Source: Candidatus Doudnabacteria bacterium
Lineage (GTDB): Bacteria; Patescibacteriota; JAQUNI01
Direction of reading: 5' to 3'
Length of the DNA: 64,000 nt
Assembly: GCA_041644975.1 (NCBI GenBank)
Contig: JBAZQX010000001.1
Span: forward strand, 39,274-103,273
The position numbers and the translations under genes were made by a program. Of this stretch, positions 44,347 through 54,610 are shown in pieces (within the stretch, counting starts at the first letter, position 1; each line of letters starts with the position of its first letter). The notes beneath the pieces were generated by a model that worked only from the letters and a program-made list of their open reading frames with translations, did not search any database and had not been told where the DNA came from.

Positions 44347-45522
44347 TTATAATTTTTTTAATAAATTGATTTCTGTTTGGGCAATTTTGTTCCAGTCGAA
44401 TTGTTGGACATATTGATAACCAGCCTCTGCCTGTTTCTTTCTTAAAAGATCATTTTTCAGATAATGATTAATCTTCATTGCAAATTCATCTTTTTTGCCC
44501 ACGGGAACAGATATAAAATTATCCTGCCAAACCATTGTTAGCGCCGGCAGAGCATAGGCGATTACAGGAAGCCGGCACGCCATTGCTTCGCCTATGACAA
44601 TTGCCCAATTTTCTTCATAGCTGGGGAGAATAAACAAACGGGCTTGGCTTAAAGTTTTGATCTTACATTCAAAGTCCAGAATCGGTCCTAAAAAGAGAAT
44701 ATTTTTTTCCAATTTTTGTTCTTTGATGCGAGTGCGGAGTGCCTTTTCATCTTCTCCTCCGCCAATAATAATTAATTGAGCATTGGGATTTTTTTGCATC
44801 ACTTGTTGCCAGATAGGAATTAAATCAAATACACCCTTTACTGCTTGGATTCTTTTCATAAACACAGCGGTATATTTTTTTTCGTGAATCTGTGAAGCTA
44901 GATGATTAATTTTTTGCAAATGGATACCGCATTTTACAGGAAAAATTTTTCTATGTGTAATTTTGAGCTTGTAAAGCTGTTCAGCTGTGGTTTCACTTAC
45001 TGCAAATATGGTTTGAGCAAAGTACTTGATTAACAGGACGCTTATTCTTTCGGCAATTAAGAAAAGGAGAGAATAAATAAGTTTTGATTCTTGACGTCGC
45101 CAGAATTTTAAACCGGGAACCCAATGTACGACTGCCGCCCATTTAATTTTTTTGCTCATACATTTAAGCTTTAAGGCAGGAATGATATCCCAAAGCAGTT
45201 CATTGGCGGAGTAAATGACGCCTTCCCGGAATTTTTTAAGTTGTTTTGGTATCCAGAACAATAGCTTTAAACTTAAGAAAACATAATCTAATTTTCCGGC
45301 ATAATTTCTTTTTTGAAATAAATTATAAGTGATTACATTCTTTAGGTTAAAGATACGGCAGAATGTTTCTCCCCCGCTAGAAACCAAAAGATGGGTTTCC
45401 CAATTATTTTTGAGCGCTCCCCTTATTATTTCAGCTAACCGCACTTCTCCCCCGGAAAATCCTCCCTTTGATAATTCTTTAGAAATGCCCGTACAGATAA
45501 AAAGAATTTTATTTTTCATCAT
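44347..45522 (-). CDS. GT-B fold glycosyltransferase (GT4/GT1-like)
   Basis: It has the C-terminal ENWAIVIGEAMACRLPVIA (EX7E-like) motif. Confidence 0.55.
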   Translation of the reverse strand: MMKNKILFICTGISKELSKGGFSGGEVRLAEIIRGALKNNWETHLLVSSGGETFCRIFNLKNVITYNLFQKRNYAGKLDYVFLSLKLLFWIPKQLKKFREGVIYSANELLWDIIPALKLKCMSKKIKWAAVVHWVPGLKFWRRQESKLIYSLLFLIAERISVLLIKYFAQTIFAVSETTAEQLYKLKITHRKIFPVKCGIHLQKINHLASQIHEKKYTAVFMKRIQAVKGVFDLIPIWQQVMQKNPNAQLIIIGGGEDEKALRTRIKEQKLEKNILFLGPILDFECKIKTLSQARLFILPSYEENWAIVIGEAMACRLPVIAYALPALTMVWQDNFISVPVGKKDEFAMKINHYLKNDLLRKKQAEAGYQYVQQFDWNKIAQTEINLLKKL

Positions 45523-45599
45523 TTTTTATTTAACTGTCTCCTTTTGAGTCTTAAGCTCTGGCCTTTCAGCATAGAACAGTAGAGTTTAATGAGAAAGAT

Positions 45600-46709
45600 T
45601 TAGTGGAAATAACTTTTTATTGCGTTCGTGATGTAAATAATTTCTTTTTCTTTTAGTTCGGGAAATAGAGGCAGAGAGAGAATTGTGGTGGCACATTCTT
45701 CCGTGATGGGTAGATCACCCTTTTTGTATTCTAACTCTTTGTAGGCTTTTTGGAGATGGATAGGAACGGGGTAATGAATTAAAGTTTGGATTCCTTTACT
45801 CTCCAGATGTTTTTTAAAGCCATCCCTATCATTTTGGCAACGAATTACATAGAGATGATAAATATGATATCCATATTTTGGTTTTTGAGGCAAGGATATT
45901 TGGGGAACATTTCTAAGCAGCTTTGAATAGAGATTAGCGTGTTTCATCCTTTGTTGATTAAAGGAATCTAAATGTTTTAATTTAAATCTTAAGATCGCAG
46001 CTTGCAGTTCATCTAGACGGCTGTTAGTGCCTTTCATAGTGTAAATATCCCTTTCTTTGCGGCCATAAAAGCGAAGCATTTTAAGCCTTTCGGCGATTTT
46101 TTTCTGATTAGTAACAATCATTCCCCCATCGCCGTAAGCACCGAGATTTTTTGTGGGGTAGAAGCTAAAACAACCAGTGATTCCAAACCCACCTACCTTT
46201 TTGCCTTTGTATTTTGCGCCGTGAGCTTGACAGGCATCTTCAATCACAGCAAGTTTATATTTCTTGGCAACTTTCAGAATGGGTGCCAAGTTACAACTTT
46301 GCCCATACAGATGGACAGGGATAATTGCCCTGGTTTTGGGAGTAATATGTTTTTTTAAAAGATCTGGATTGAGAGTGTAGAATGTCGGGTCAATATCTAC
46401 AAACACAGGTTTGGCATTGATTTGAGAGATTGCTGCCGCTGTTGCTTGGGCTGTATTCGCTACGGTGATTACTTCATCATCCTTGCCGATTCCCAAAACT
46501 TTCAAGGAGAGAGTTAAGGCATCAGTGCCCGAGGCTACGCCGATGGCAAACTTTACACCTATATATCGGGCGAATTCTTCTTCAAATTGTTCTACTTCTG
46601 GTCCTAAAATAAAGCAGTCTTTTTGGAAGACCCTTCGGAGAATACTATTAATTTCTTTACGGAAAATCCGGTATTGTCTTTTTAAAGTGAAGAAAGGAAT
46701 TTGCATCAA
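45600..46709 (-). CDS. DegT/DnrJ/EryC1/StrS-family PLP-dependent sugar aminotransferase (or dehydrase)
   Basis: It has ILGPEVEQFEEEFARYIG, GVASGTDALTLSL and the overall pattern of sugar aminotransferases. Confidence 0.8.
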   Translation of the reverse strand: MMQIPFFTLKRQYRIFRKEINSILRRVFQKDCFILGPEVEQFEEEFARYIGVKFAIGVASGTDALTLSLKVLGIGKDDEVITVANTAQATAAAISQINAKPVFVDIDPTFYTLNPDLLKKHITPKTRAIIPVHLYGQSCNLAPILKVAKKYKLAVIEDACQAHGAKYKGKKVGGFGITGCFSFYPTKNLGAYGDGGMIVTNQKKIAERLKMLRFYGRKERDIYTMKGTNSRLDELQAAILRFKLKHLDSFNQQRMKHANLYSKLLRNVPQISLPQKPKYGYHIYHLYVIRCQNDRDGFKKHLESKGIQTLIHYPVPIHLQKAYKELEYKKGDLPITEECATTILSLPLFPELKEKEIIYITNAIKSYFH

Positions 46710-47719
46710 GATAAATAATATTTTTGATAACGTCGGTAATAGTTAAATGTTTTTCTTAAACCCTCTTTTAGACTGATCCGAGGTTGCCAGTCTAAAGCTT
46801 TTTTGATCTTTTGAAAACTGCAATAGCAGTCGCCAATATCAATTTTTTTCTTTTCGGGTGGAAAGGGTGTTAATTTGTAATTGCCACGGCCATAAATTTT
46901 AATCATCAATTTTGCAATATTTTTGAGGGTAATAGGTTTGGGATGTCCTAGGTTGAAAATCTCACCATTAGTTTTCGGGGAAGCTGCAGCTTTTAAAAAT
47001 GCTTCCACGACATCATCTACATAATTTAAGTCCCGACGTTGCATTCCGTCACCAAAGATATTAATTTCTCCATTGGTCAAAATCTGATGGATAAACCAGC
47101 CGATGAAACCTTGCCGGTTATGTCTGATCAGTTGTCTGGGACCGTAAGTATTCGTTAAGCGGAGAGCAGTGGTGGGCAGGCCGTAAATTTTATTGTAGAG
47201 GATATGATACCATTCCCCTGCCATTTTATTGATGCCATTTATATCTGCAGGCCGCAGAATGTGTTTTTCATCCACAGGAAGATAGTCGGGGTGGCCATAA
47301 ATCTGGCGAGTAGATGCAAAAATAATTTTTACACCAGGATTATATTTGCGACAGGCTTCAAGGAGGGAAAGCTGACTGGCACAATTTATTTCTAGATCTT
47401 TTTGGGGATTTTCCATACTGTCAATATGACTCACTTGTCCGGCAAGATTAAAAATATAGTCACATTTTCGAACCAGGTATGTCATACTATGCTTATCGCG
47501 CATATCCGAAATATTAACTTTGACTTTGCGGCGAATGTCTTTAATATTAAAAATATTGCCTCCATGGTCCGGAACTAGAGAATCTATAATTAAAATTTTA
47601 GCATTAAGTTTTACTAGCCTTTGCGCTAGATTACTGCCAATAAAACCCAATCCTCCTGTAATCATTATTTTTTTGTGGGTAAAGGTATTTTTTAAATTAA
47701 ATTTAGATTTAGGTTCCAT
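46706..47719 (-). CDS. NAD-dependent sugar-nucleotide epimerase/dehydratase (SDR)
   Basis: It has ITGGLGFIGSNLAQRL (Rossmann) and WYHILYNKIYG/YxxxK context. Confidence 0.65.
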   Translation of the reverse strand: MEPKSKFNLKNTFTHKKIMITGGLGFIGSNLAQRLVKLNAKILIIDSLVPDHGGNIFNIKDIRRKVKVNISDMRDKHSMTYLVRKCDYIFNLAGQVSHIDSMENPQKDLEINCASQLSLLEACRKYNPGVKIIFASTRQIYGHPDYLPVDEKHILRPADINGINKMAGEWYHILYNKIYGLPTTALRLTNTYGPRQLIRHNRQGFIGWFIHQILTNGEINIFGDGMQRRDLNYVDDVVEAFLKAAASPKTNGEIFNLGHPKPITLKNIAKLMIKIYGRGNYKLTPFPPEKKKIDIGDCYCSFQKIKKALDWQPRISLKEGLRKTFNYYRRYQKYYLS

Positions 47720-47751
47720 ACTACTGAGTTTTTTTTCTTAATATACAATAT

Positions 47752-48927
47752 TTAAGATATATTGTGATATAGGTTTTGATAAGCCTTCAGAATAAGGCGT
47801 GCAGAGGCATCACTTAATTTGTTAACATGTTTTAGTCCTTTTTGCGCCATTTGTTGAAGCAAGAGAGGATTTTTATAGGCAAGATTAATTTTGTCAGCTA
47901 GAGCTTTTTCTTTTGTTTTGACAATAAAAGCAAAATTCTTGTTTAATGTATAAGGTTTTGCCCCGCGATTGGTGACAATTATTGGTGTGCCACACGCTAA
48001 GGCCTCATTTATGGCACGTGACATATCTTCATGATAGCGTGCCGGATAACAAAAGATATCTGCTGCATTATAATACCATGATAACTGATTGTAAGGGATA
48101 TTGCAGACAAAATTAAAATTCTTCAGTTTTTTCTTAGCATTTTTAATTTGGGGCAGAAGCGGACCCTCATCACCTACTATGAAAAAATTAATTTTCTGCA
48201 ATCTCTTTGCAAGTTTAATAATTAAATCCGCTCCTTTTAAATAGATTAAGCGTCCAATAAAAATGACAGTGAATTTATGGAGGGGCCAGTTTAATTTTTG
48301 ACGCGCCGCATTTTGATTAAGGGGCTGAAAACGTTTTAAGTTAACCCAATGCACAAAGATTTGAATTTTAGAAGGATTAACGCCGATCGTCTCTAATTCT
48401 TTTTTGGAATCCTGCGATTGGGCTAAAATAAGATTATGAGCCGCAAATACTTTTTGTAATAGTCGGGCAAAAAAGGAGCGGGGGCTGAAATTATATATGG
48501 AGTGGGTGCTGGTAATGAGCTTTTTATCCTTAAAAATTTTTTTGAGAATATAACCAATAAAGGCAGCGTTTAAACCATGGCTGTGGATTATATCAATTCG
48601 TTTCCTATTTTTCAACATAAATAAAAAAGAGCGTAAAAGAAGATAGGGGGTGATATATAAGAAGAGTAAGATTTTATGGTTTTCTAAAAGGTGAAAAAGA
48701 TTAAAACCAGGCCAACGGAAGCGATAAATTTCCACTTCACCTCTTTTTTCGTGGGGAGGTCCGGTAGTCCGATTAGTCAGTGGTTGATAGGTCAGAACGT
48801 ACACTTTAAAACTATTTGCATCTAGATAATCACATAAATCATCCAAATGTGTTTCCACCCCGCCCACATTGGGACTAAAACAAGGAGTAAGAATGAGAAT
48901 ATTTTTGCCTCCGTTTTGACATCGCAT
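47752..48927 (-). CDS. GT4-family glycosyltransferase
   Basis: It has the GT-B layout, FIGRLIYLKGADLI and the C-terminal INEALACGTPIIVT. Confidence 0.65.
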   Translation of the reverse strand: MRCQNGGKNILILTPCFSPNVGGVETHLDDLCDYLDANSFKVYVLTYQPLTNRTTGPPHEKRGEVEIYRFRWPGFNLFHLLENHKILLFLYITPYLLLRSFLFMLKNRKRIDIIHSHGLNAAFIGYILKKIFKDKKLITSTHSIYNFSPRSFFARLLQKVFAAHNLILAQSQDSKKELETIGVNPSKIQIFVHWVNLKRFQPLNQNAARQKLNWPLHKFTVIFIGRLIYLKGADLIIKLAKRLQKINFFIVGDEGPLLPQIKNAKKKLKNFNFVCNIPYNQLSWYYNAADIFCYPARYHEDMSRAINEALACGTPIIVTNRGAKPYTLNKNFAFIVKTKEKALADKINLAYKNPLLLQQMAQKGLKHVNKLSDASARLILKAYQNLYHNIS

Positions 48928-48937
48928 AATAATGAGA

Positions 48938-49798
48938 CTAATTGTACTGTTGATCTTTTCGGATAATGGAAATCATTGGCGAATAAAAGCCCATTTTACC
49001 TATTATTTTGAGTAAACCGCGTAATTGGAAGAAATCTAAAAATTTAATTACTTTTACTAAAGCTGGGCTGCGGCTACAGAAATCATTTTGATTTATTAGT
49101 GCCAGCCATTCCTCTAAAGATTTATTGGTACAGATTAATCCTTGTTTTTTCACTTCTTTTTTCAAAGAATGAGGGGTAATAAAGTTTAGAGTATGAAAGA
49201 AGTTCGGGTTTCTTCTTCGTAATTTTAAATACCACCTATTAATTATTCTTGGCAACCAAGGGATGAAAAAAAGATAATAGATATTGCAATACATCACCAT
49301 ATAGTTAATATTGATACAGTAGATTGCACCATTATCCTTGAGTACCCGTTTAAGCTCTTTCCAAAACAAATCTCGGTCTTGCACATAGTCAGCCACATAA
49401 TGCACATTGATAAGGTCAAAAAAGGAGTCTGGGAAAGGCAGATAACCCTTGTTTACTTTCTGAATTTTTTGCTCGTCTTGATTATTATGTCTTAATAAAT
49501 TTTGGGAAATGCCAATAAGTTCATCATCCGTTTCATAGCCATAGCAGTCAAGCCCTCTTTTAAGACAATAAGATATAAAATATCCAAAGCCGCTCCCCGC
49601 ATCAAGGATTTTGTCTTCTTTTTGACGCGGTAAATATCGCGCCATTTGCTGGTATTGTTTTTTCGCTTCTTCAAAATTGTAACCAGTGTCTAATAGCTTT
49701 TGGATGTTTAAATGGGGTGGTAATACTCCTTCATACATTCTCTTAAGATAATGGTACATTCTTTTTCTTAACTTTTGCTCCTGTCTTTTTCTTTCCAT
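48938..49798 (-). CDS. class I SAM-dependent methyltransferase
   Basis: It has ILDAGSGFGYF (GxGxG motif I) and VLKDNGAIY (motif III-like). Confidence 0.6.
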   Translation of the reverse strand: MERKRQEQKLRKRMYHYLKRMYEGVLPPHLNIQKLLDTGYNFEEAKKQYQQMARYLPRQKEDKILDAGSGFGYFISYCLKRGLDCYGYETDDELIGISQNLLRHNNQDEQKIQKVNKGYLPFPDSFFDLINVHYVADYVQDRDLFWKELKRVLKDNGAIYCININYMVMYCNIYYLFFIPWLPRIINRWYLKLRRRNPNFFHTLNFITPHSLKKEVKKQGLICTNKSLEEWLALINQNDFCSRSPALVKVIKFLDFFQLRGLLKIIGKMGFYSPMISIIRKDQQYN

Positions 49799-49968
49799 AT
49801 TTATTTTTTACCTTCCTCCGTTGAAAACTACAGGCGTAAGGTAAGTGGAGCTTACGCGTCTTCTATTTTTGGTTAATATGAAATAAAAACTCGTGTTTTT
49901 TAGAAGAGGAAATAGGTATAGCTATATGCTCTGTTTTAAGCAATTTTCTATTTTTATAAGTAAGGGGG

Positions 49969-51546
49969 TTATCCTGCGTAAGTTCTATTTTTTAAAAGAG
50001 ATTTAAGTTTATATTTAATTAGTTGTTGGGACCAATACAATTCTCCTCGTAAAATTTGAAATGGTAAAAAACCGTGACCTAGGCGCCAATTAAGCCAGAT
50101 TTTGATAATGGGAATAAGGAATAATGGAAGACGTGAAAAAAGGCGAAGCAGCTTTGGGTTTCTGCTTATTTTTTTTGCCGTCTGTATGGGCAAGAGAGGA
50201 AGTGAAGTGAGAAAAAGAGCAAAATTTTTGTAATAGTCGCGAGCCTCTTCACTCTTTTTGGAGAAAATGCCAGTTTCATAAACAATTGATTCCCCTCGCT
50301 CTATTTCAGGTATGTCTTCAAGCCTTAGGTTGCCAGCTTGAAGTGCATAATCAATGATTTTTGCCTTGGGAAAATAAAGAAGATTAAAACAATTAATCAT
50401 ATCAGGACGAATTTCACTATATAAGTTGATTGATTTTTGAATATCAAAATCAAAGGGGATATCAAAGATATGATCAATCATAAATTTTAAATGATACTTT
50501 TTACAGATGTAAGCCGCTCTTTTTATTTCTTTATTGCTTTCATACCGGTGGAGAATTTCTCGTCTGATTTTTTCATCCCCTGATTGAATTCCAAAAGCGG
50601 CCAAGCGGCAACCACTGGCCTTTAGAAGGAAGGCAGTTTTTTCGTCTAATAGTCGTGCGTGGACAAAACAGGTGTAGGGTAAGCGCACCTTTTGACGATA
50701 TAATTTACTAAAATTAGCGAACCAAGCTTTATCCATTGTTAAAACATCATCCACAAAAATTATTTCTTTGATCCGATAATTCTTTTTTAAGAAGAGTAAC
50801 TCATTAATAACAGAGGATACACTTCTTTGTCGAAGATATCGTCCTTTTCCTTGATAAACCTTTCTTTTCTGTTCGTTGCCGCAGTAGGTACAGTTAAAAG
50901 GACAACCGCGGCTTGTTAAAGAGTTAACATTTTGGGTCAAAAATTTTGGAAATTGATTCCAAAAAAGATTACGGTCTAAGAAGGGATATTGATCCAAATC
51001 TTCTTGAAGGGGTCGAGGCATATTCTTTATTATATTTCCTTTGCTCTTAAACCAAATATTAGGGATATCAGTGCGGCCATCCTTTTTTTGAAGACTATTT
51101 ACAAGTTCCAGGAAAGCCTCTTCACCTTCACCGACGCAGACCATATCCACGCAGGGATTCTGGATAACAAGGTCCGGGACTAGAGTGGGATGGACTCCTC
51201 CAAAGATTATGGGGGTATCCAGAACCTTTTTAATTTCTTGCGCAAAGGATAAAGCCCATTGATAAGTGGCGGTAACGCAAGAAAAAGCAATGAGGTCTGG
51301 TTGGAGGGCTTGAATCTTTTCTAAATTTATTCTTTTCCAATCAAAAAACCTCGCTAAGAAAGAGTTGCGGAGATAGGAGCGATCAAACTGTTTAGGGTCA
51401 TAGATTAGGTAAACTGTGTGACCATTCTGTTTAAGGTAGGAAGAAATATATTCCACCCCCAAATTTTCGTCCTCACTAACTGCGAAAACAATCTTCATAT
51501 TCTTTTCCTCGGTTGAATAATCTATTGCAACAGAGGGGAATGCCAA
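49969..51546 (-). CDS. B12-binding-domain-containing radical SAM enzyme (class B radical SAM; possible methyltransferase)
   Basis: It has an N-terminal B12-binding-like fold (KIVFAVSEDE...), SRGCPFNCTYCGN (CxxxCxxC) and is 525 aa. Confidence 0.7.
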   Translation of the reverse strand: MAFPSVAIDYSTEEKNMKIVFAVSEDENLGVEYISSYLKQNGHTVYLIYDPKQFDRSYLRNSFLARFFDWKRINLEKIQALQPDLIAFSCVTATYQWALSFAQEIKKVLDTPIIFGGVHPTLVPDLVIQNPCVDMVCVGEGEEAFLELVNSLQKKDGRTDIPNIWFKSKGNIIKNMPRPLQEDLDQYPFLDRNLFWNQFPKFLTQNVNSLTSRGCPFNCTYCGNEQKRKVYQGKGRYLRQRSVSSVINELLFLKKNYRIKEIIFVDDVLTMDKAWFANFSKLYRQKVRLPYTCFVHARLLDEKTAFLLKASGCRLAAFGIQSGDEKIRREILHRYESNKEIKRAAYICKKYHLKFMIDHIFDIPFDFDIQKSINLYSEIRPDMINCFNLLYFPKAKIIDYALQAGNLRLEDIPEIERGESIVYETGIFSKKSEEARDYYKNFALFLTSLPLLPIQTAKKISRNPKLLRLFSRLPLFLIPIIKIWLNWRLGHGFLPFQILRGELYWSQQLIKYKLKSLLKNRTYAG

Positions 51547-51756
51547 TACCTTTTTCTAAAATAATCTTCTTTTAAGAGGAGATAAAGAAAAATGGATATT
51601 GAATTGCGCTTATACTTTTATTAGGTCTGTCCCCCTTTTTCCTTAATATTTTTTTTCACCCGTGCGTTGCAACAGAAATTTGAAGCTACCATCATAAAAC
51701 TATCCCCAAATCTGTCTTATCCTACACCAGCCTGTCTCTAAGTGCGTATGGTGCAT

Positions 51757-51830
51757 AGTTTCGCCTTCTAAAATTCCGTCTGGACCTGATGCTCATGAGC
51801 TGTCAGGCCGGGGAGGGTTTCACTCTGAGT
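51757..51830. repeat. conserved intergenic two-hairpin motif, copy 2 (agtttcgccttctaaaatt ... gatgctcatgagctgtcaggccggggagggtttcac)
   Basis: See copy 1. It lies ~260 nt upstream of the radical SAM gene start. Confidence 0.55.
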
Positions 51831-51842
51831 TTAAAACTATGA

Positions 51843-52697
51843 TTAAGTAAAGTTTTTGAAGTCCACATCTTCGGGTTTGTATTTTGGTTTCCATCCTTTC
51901 AGTTTTTTGATATTGGCGCGGGAAAACATTTGTTCATTTTGTCTGTATGGTACTGCCCCATAGATAATCCGAGAGTGAGAATGGAGGTTATTTTTAATTA
52001 TTTTGACCAAATTTTTGAGAAACATAGTTTTCCCGGTGCCGATTTGAAATTCTTCAAAAATTTTCTTAAATTTTTGACAGTTTTGGATTAAATGCAAAAT
52101 CGCATCTACACAATCTTTGATATAAATAAAGTCTAAATTTTGTTTTCCCTGCGTCATCTTGATGACTTTATTGCTTCTAAGTTTATCTATGGCAAAAGGG
52201 ATAAATTTTTTTGGGTCATCATTTTTACCGTAAACATATTGCAATTCCAAATTAAATATTTTAATCGGACATAAAGAATATTTTTTTAAAAGAGAGTATA
52301 GAACGTGTTTAGAATAAGCATAGAGATTTATATTATCATTAAGTGCGGAATCAAAATTAAAATAGTATTTAATCTTGAATGCACAGCATTTTTCAATGAG
52401 ACGAAGGGCAAAGACAATATTAGTATCCATAATTTGGCTGGGCAGTGAGTTTTTATTTTTCCCCTGATCTACAGCTAGATTTATTACTAGGTCAATTTTG
52501 TTTTTCTGGAATGGTAGAGCTAGATTGCATTCATCAATATCATAGATTTTAATTTGAGGAATAAATTTTTTAATCCGGGTGAGATCCGAAAACTTTCTTT
52601 TCACTACAATCACCTTATAACGATTTGTAAGAAGGGAGGGCAGAAGGTGACTACCGATAAAACCTGTGCCCCCGGGTATGAGGATCGTCTTAATCAT
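51843..52697 (-). CDS. NAD(P)-dependent sugar-nucleotide reductase/epimerase (SDR)
   Basis: It has ILIPGGTGFIGSHLLPSL (Rossmann) and YAYSKHVLY (YxxxK). Confidence 0.6.
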   Translation of the reverse strand: MIKTILIPGGTGFIGSHLLPSLLTNRYKVIVVKRKFSDLTRIKKFIPQIKIYDIDECNLALPFQKNKIDLVINLAVDQGKNKNSLPSQIMDTNIVFALRLIEKCCAFKIKYYFNFDSALNDNINLYAYSKHVLYSLLKKYSLCPIKIFNLELQYVYGKNDDPKKFIPFAIDKLRSNKVIKMTQGKQNLDFIYIKDCVDAILHLIQNCQKFKKIFEEFQIGTGKTMFLKNLVKIIKNNLHSHSRIIYGAVPYRQNEQMFSRANIKKLKGWKPKYKPEDVDFKNFT

Positions 52698-53815
52698 AGA
52701 GTTTTGGATTTCTGGAAGAAATATTGAATCTGTTGATTTGTGAATTTAGTAATCTCTGCTAGCCTTTTCGGCTTTTGATAGTAATTTTTATACCAATCCA
52801 AAGTAAATTGCAGGCACTCTAGAAAGGTGAGGCGGGGTTGCCATCCTAAAATTGTCTTTGCCTTGGTTGTATCTAACTTCAGTAGCTGCGCTTCATGCTT
52901 CTTTTGATCTCTTTGAATTTTTAATTTACCTTTTCGGATTATTTTCAGGCTGGTTTTTACTAAGTCTTGGACATAAACAAAACTTGCGTCATCGGGTCCA
53001 AAATTCCAAGCTCCTACTAACTGAGTTTGTTTTTCCCATAGTCCTTTAGCTAACATTAGATATCCTTCCAAAGGTTCTAGAACATGTTGCCAGGGCCTGA
53101 TTGCCCTGGGATTACGTATGATAATGGTTTTTTCTTTAATATATATTGCTCGTATGATATCTGGGATGAGGCGATCCGGAGCCCAATCGCCGCCCCCAAT
53201 AACATTTCCCGCGCGAGCAACAGCGATGAGGGTGTTATGCTTTTTATTAAACTCTTTGGGATTAAAAAAAGATTGAATATAGGATTGAGTTGCAATGTCC
53301 GCCGCTGCCTTGCTGGCACTGTAAGGATCGTAACCTCCTAAAGCATCTATCTCGCGATAGGGGTAAATATATTCCTTATTTTCATAAACTTTATCCGTAG
53401 TAATAATGACCGCGGATTTCACTGTATTAATATTGTTTATAGCTTGAAGGAGGTTCACTGTACCTAGAACGTTTGTAGAATAGGTTTTTAGGGGATCATT
53501 ATAACCCTCACGGACCAAGGATTGGGCTGCAAGATGAAAAACAATCTCGGGTTTTTCTTTTTGTAGAATATTTTTTATTTTGGGAAAATCACGGATATCC
53601 ACGAAATGATTTTTGATCTTACCTTTTAATTTCAGAATACTAAATAAGTTCGGATTTTCTATAGATGCCAAAGAAAGGCCAACTATTTTAGCCTTCCAAT
53701 TTAATAGGATTTGAGTAAGCCAGGATCCTTTAAAGCCTGTATGTCCGGTGATTAAAATTTTTTTATTTTGAAAAAAATTCTGCATTTTATTCCTTCCAAA
53801 TTTTCCACATAGCAT
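52694..53815 (-). CDS. rfbG: CDP-glucose 4,6-dehydratase. The likely true start is the Met at ~53785.
   Basis: ILITGHTGFKGSWL is diagnostic of CDP-glucose 4,6-dehydratase. YSASKAAAD (YxxxK) is also present. Confidence 0.8.
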   Translation of the reverse strand: MLCGKFGRNKMQNFFQNKKILITGHTGFKGSWLTQILLNWKAKIVGLSLASIENPNLFSILKLKGKIKNHFVDIRDFPKIKNILQKEKPEIVFHLAAQSLVREGYNDPLKTYSTNVLGTVNLLQAINNINTVKSAVIITTDKVYENKEYIYPYREIDALGGYDPYSASKAAADIATQSYIQSFFNPKEFNKKHNTLIAVARAGNVIGGGDWAPDRLIPDIIRAIYIKEKTIIIRNPRAIRPWQHVLEPLEGYLMLAKGLWEKQTQLVGAWNFGPDDASFVYVQDLVKTSLKIIRKGKLKIQRDQKKHEAQLLKLDTTKAKTILGWQPRLTFLECLQFTLDWYKNYYQKPKRLAEITKFTNQQIQYFFQKSKTL

Positions 53816-54560
53816 TGCCCGTTTGCCAAAGAGTTTCTAATTTATTTTTATCATTTAGAGTGTCCATCGCTTTCCAAAAACCATTGTGATAATAAGCATA
53901 CAAGTTGCCGCTTTTTGCTAAGTTTTCTAAAGGTTCTTTTTCAAAGATTGTTTCATCTCCTTGGATATAATTAAAAACCGCTGGTTCCAGTACAAAAAAT
54001 CCTCCATTAATATAAGATTGGTTATCGGTTTTTTCACTAAAGCAAGTGATACGCGCTCTGTGATTTATATTTAGAACACCAAAACGGCCTTCTGGAATTA
54101 CAGCGGTCAAAGTAGCAATTTTTCCATGTTTCTTATGAAAAGTAAGGAGCTTTTTGATATCAATATTTGCTACTCCGTCGCCGTAAGTCGCCATAAAGGT
54201 TTGCTTGCCGATATATTTTTTAATTCTCTTGAAGCGCCCTCCAGTCATCGTATTATCTCCGGTATCAATTAATGTCACCTTCCATCCCTCTGTCTGGTTA
54301 TTATGAAATTTCACCTGATTATTTTTTAAATCAAACGTGATGTCACTGTGATGAAGATAGTAGTCATTAAACCATTCTTTAATACAATCTCCTTTATAAC
54401 CTAGGCAGATAATAAAATCATTGAAGCCGTAAGAGGAGTAGATTTTCATAATATGCCATAAGATTGGTTTCCCCCCAATTTCAATCATAGGCTTGGGCTT
54501 AATTACCGTTTCTTCACTTAAGCGTGTGCCTAAACCACCTGCTAGAATTACTACTTTCAT
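53787..54560 (-). CDS. rfbF: glucose-1-phosphate cytidylyltransferase
   Basis: MKVVILAGGLGTRLSEETVIKPKPMIEIGGKPILWHIM matches RfbF closely. Confidence 0.85.
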   Translation of the reverse strand: MKVVILAGGLGTRLSEETVIKPKPMIEIGGKPILWHIMKIYSSYGFNDFIICLGYKGDCIKEWFNDYYLHHSDITFDLKNNQVKFHNNQTEGWKVTLIDTGDNTMTGGRFKRIKKYIGKQTFMATYGDGVANIDIKKLLTFHKKHGKIATLTAVIPEGRFGVLNINHRARITCFSEKTDNQSYINGGFFVLEPAVFNYIQGDETIFEKEPLENLAKSGNLYAYYHNGFWKAMDTLNDKNKLETLWQTGNAMWKIWKE

Positions 54561-54610
54561 AAAAATAAGATTATTTTAAGTCAAATTCTATTCCCCCCTT
54601 CTTTAAGATA

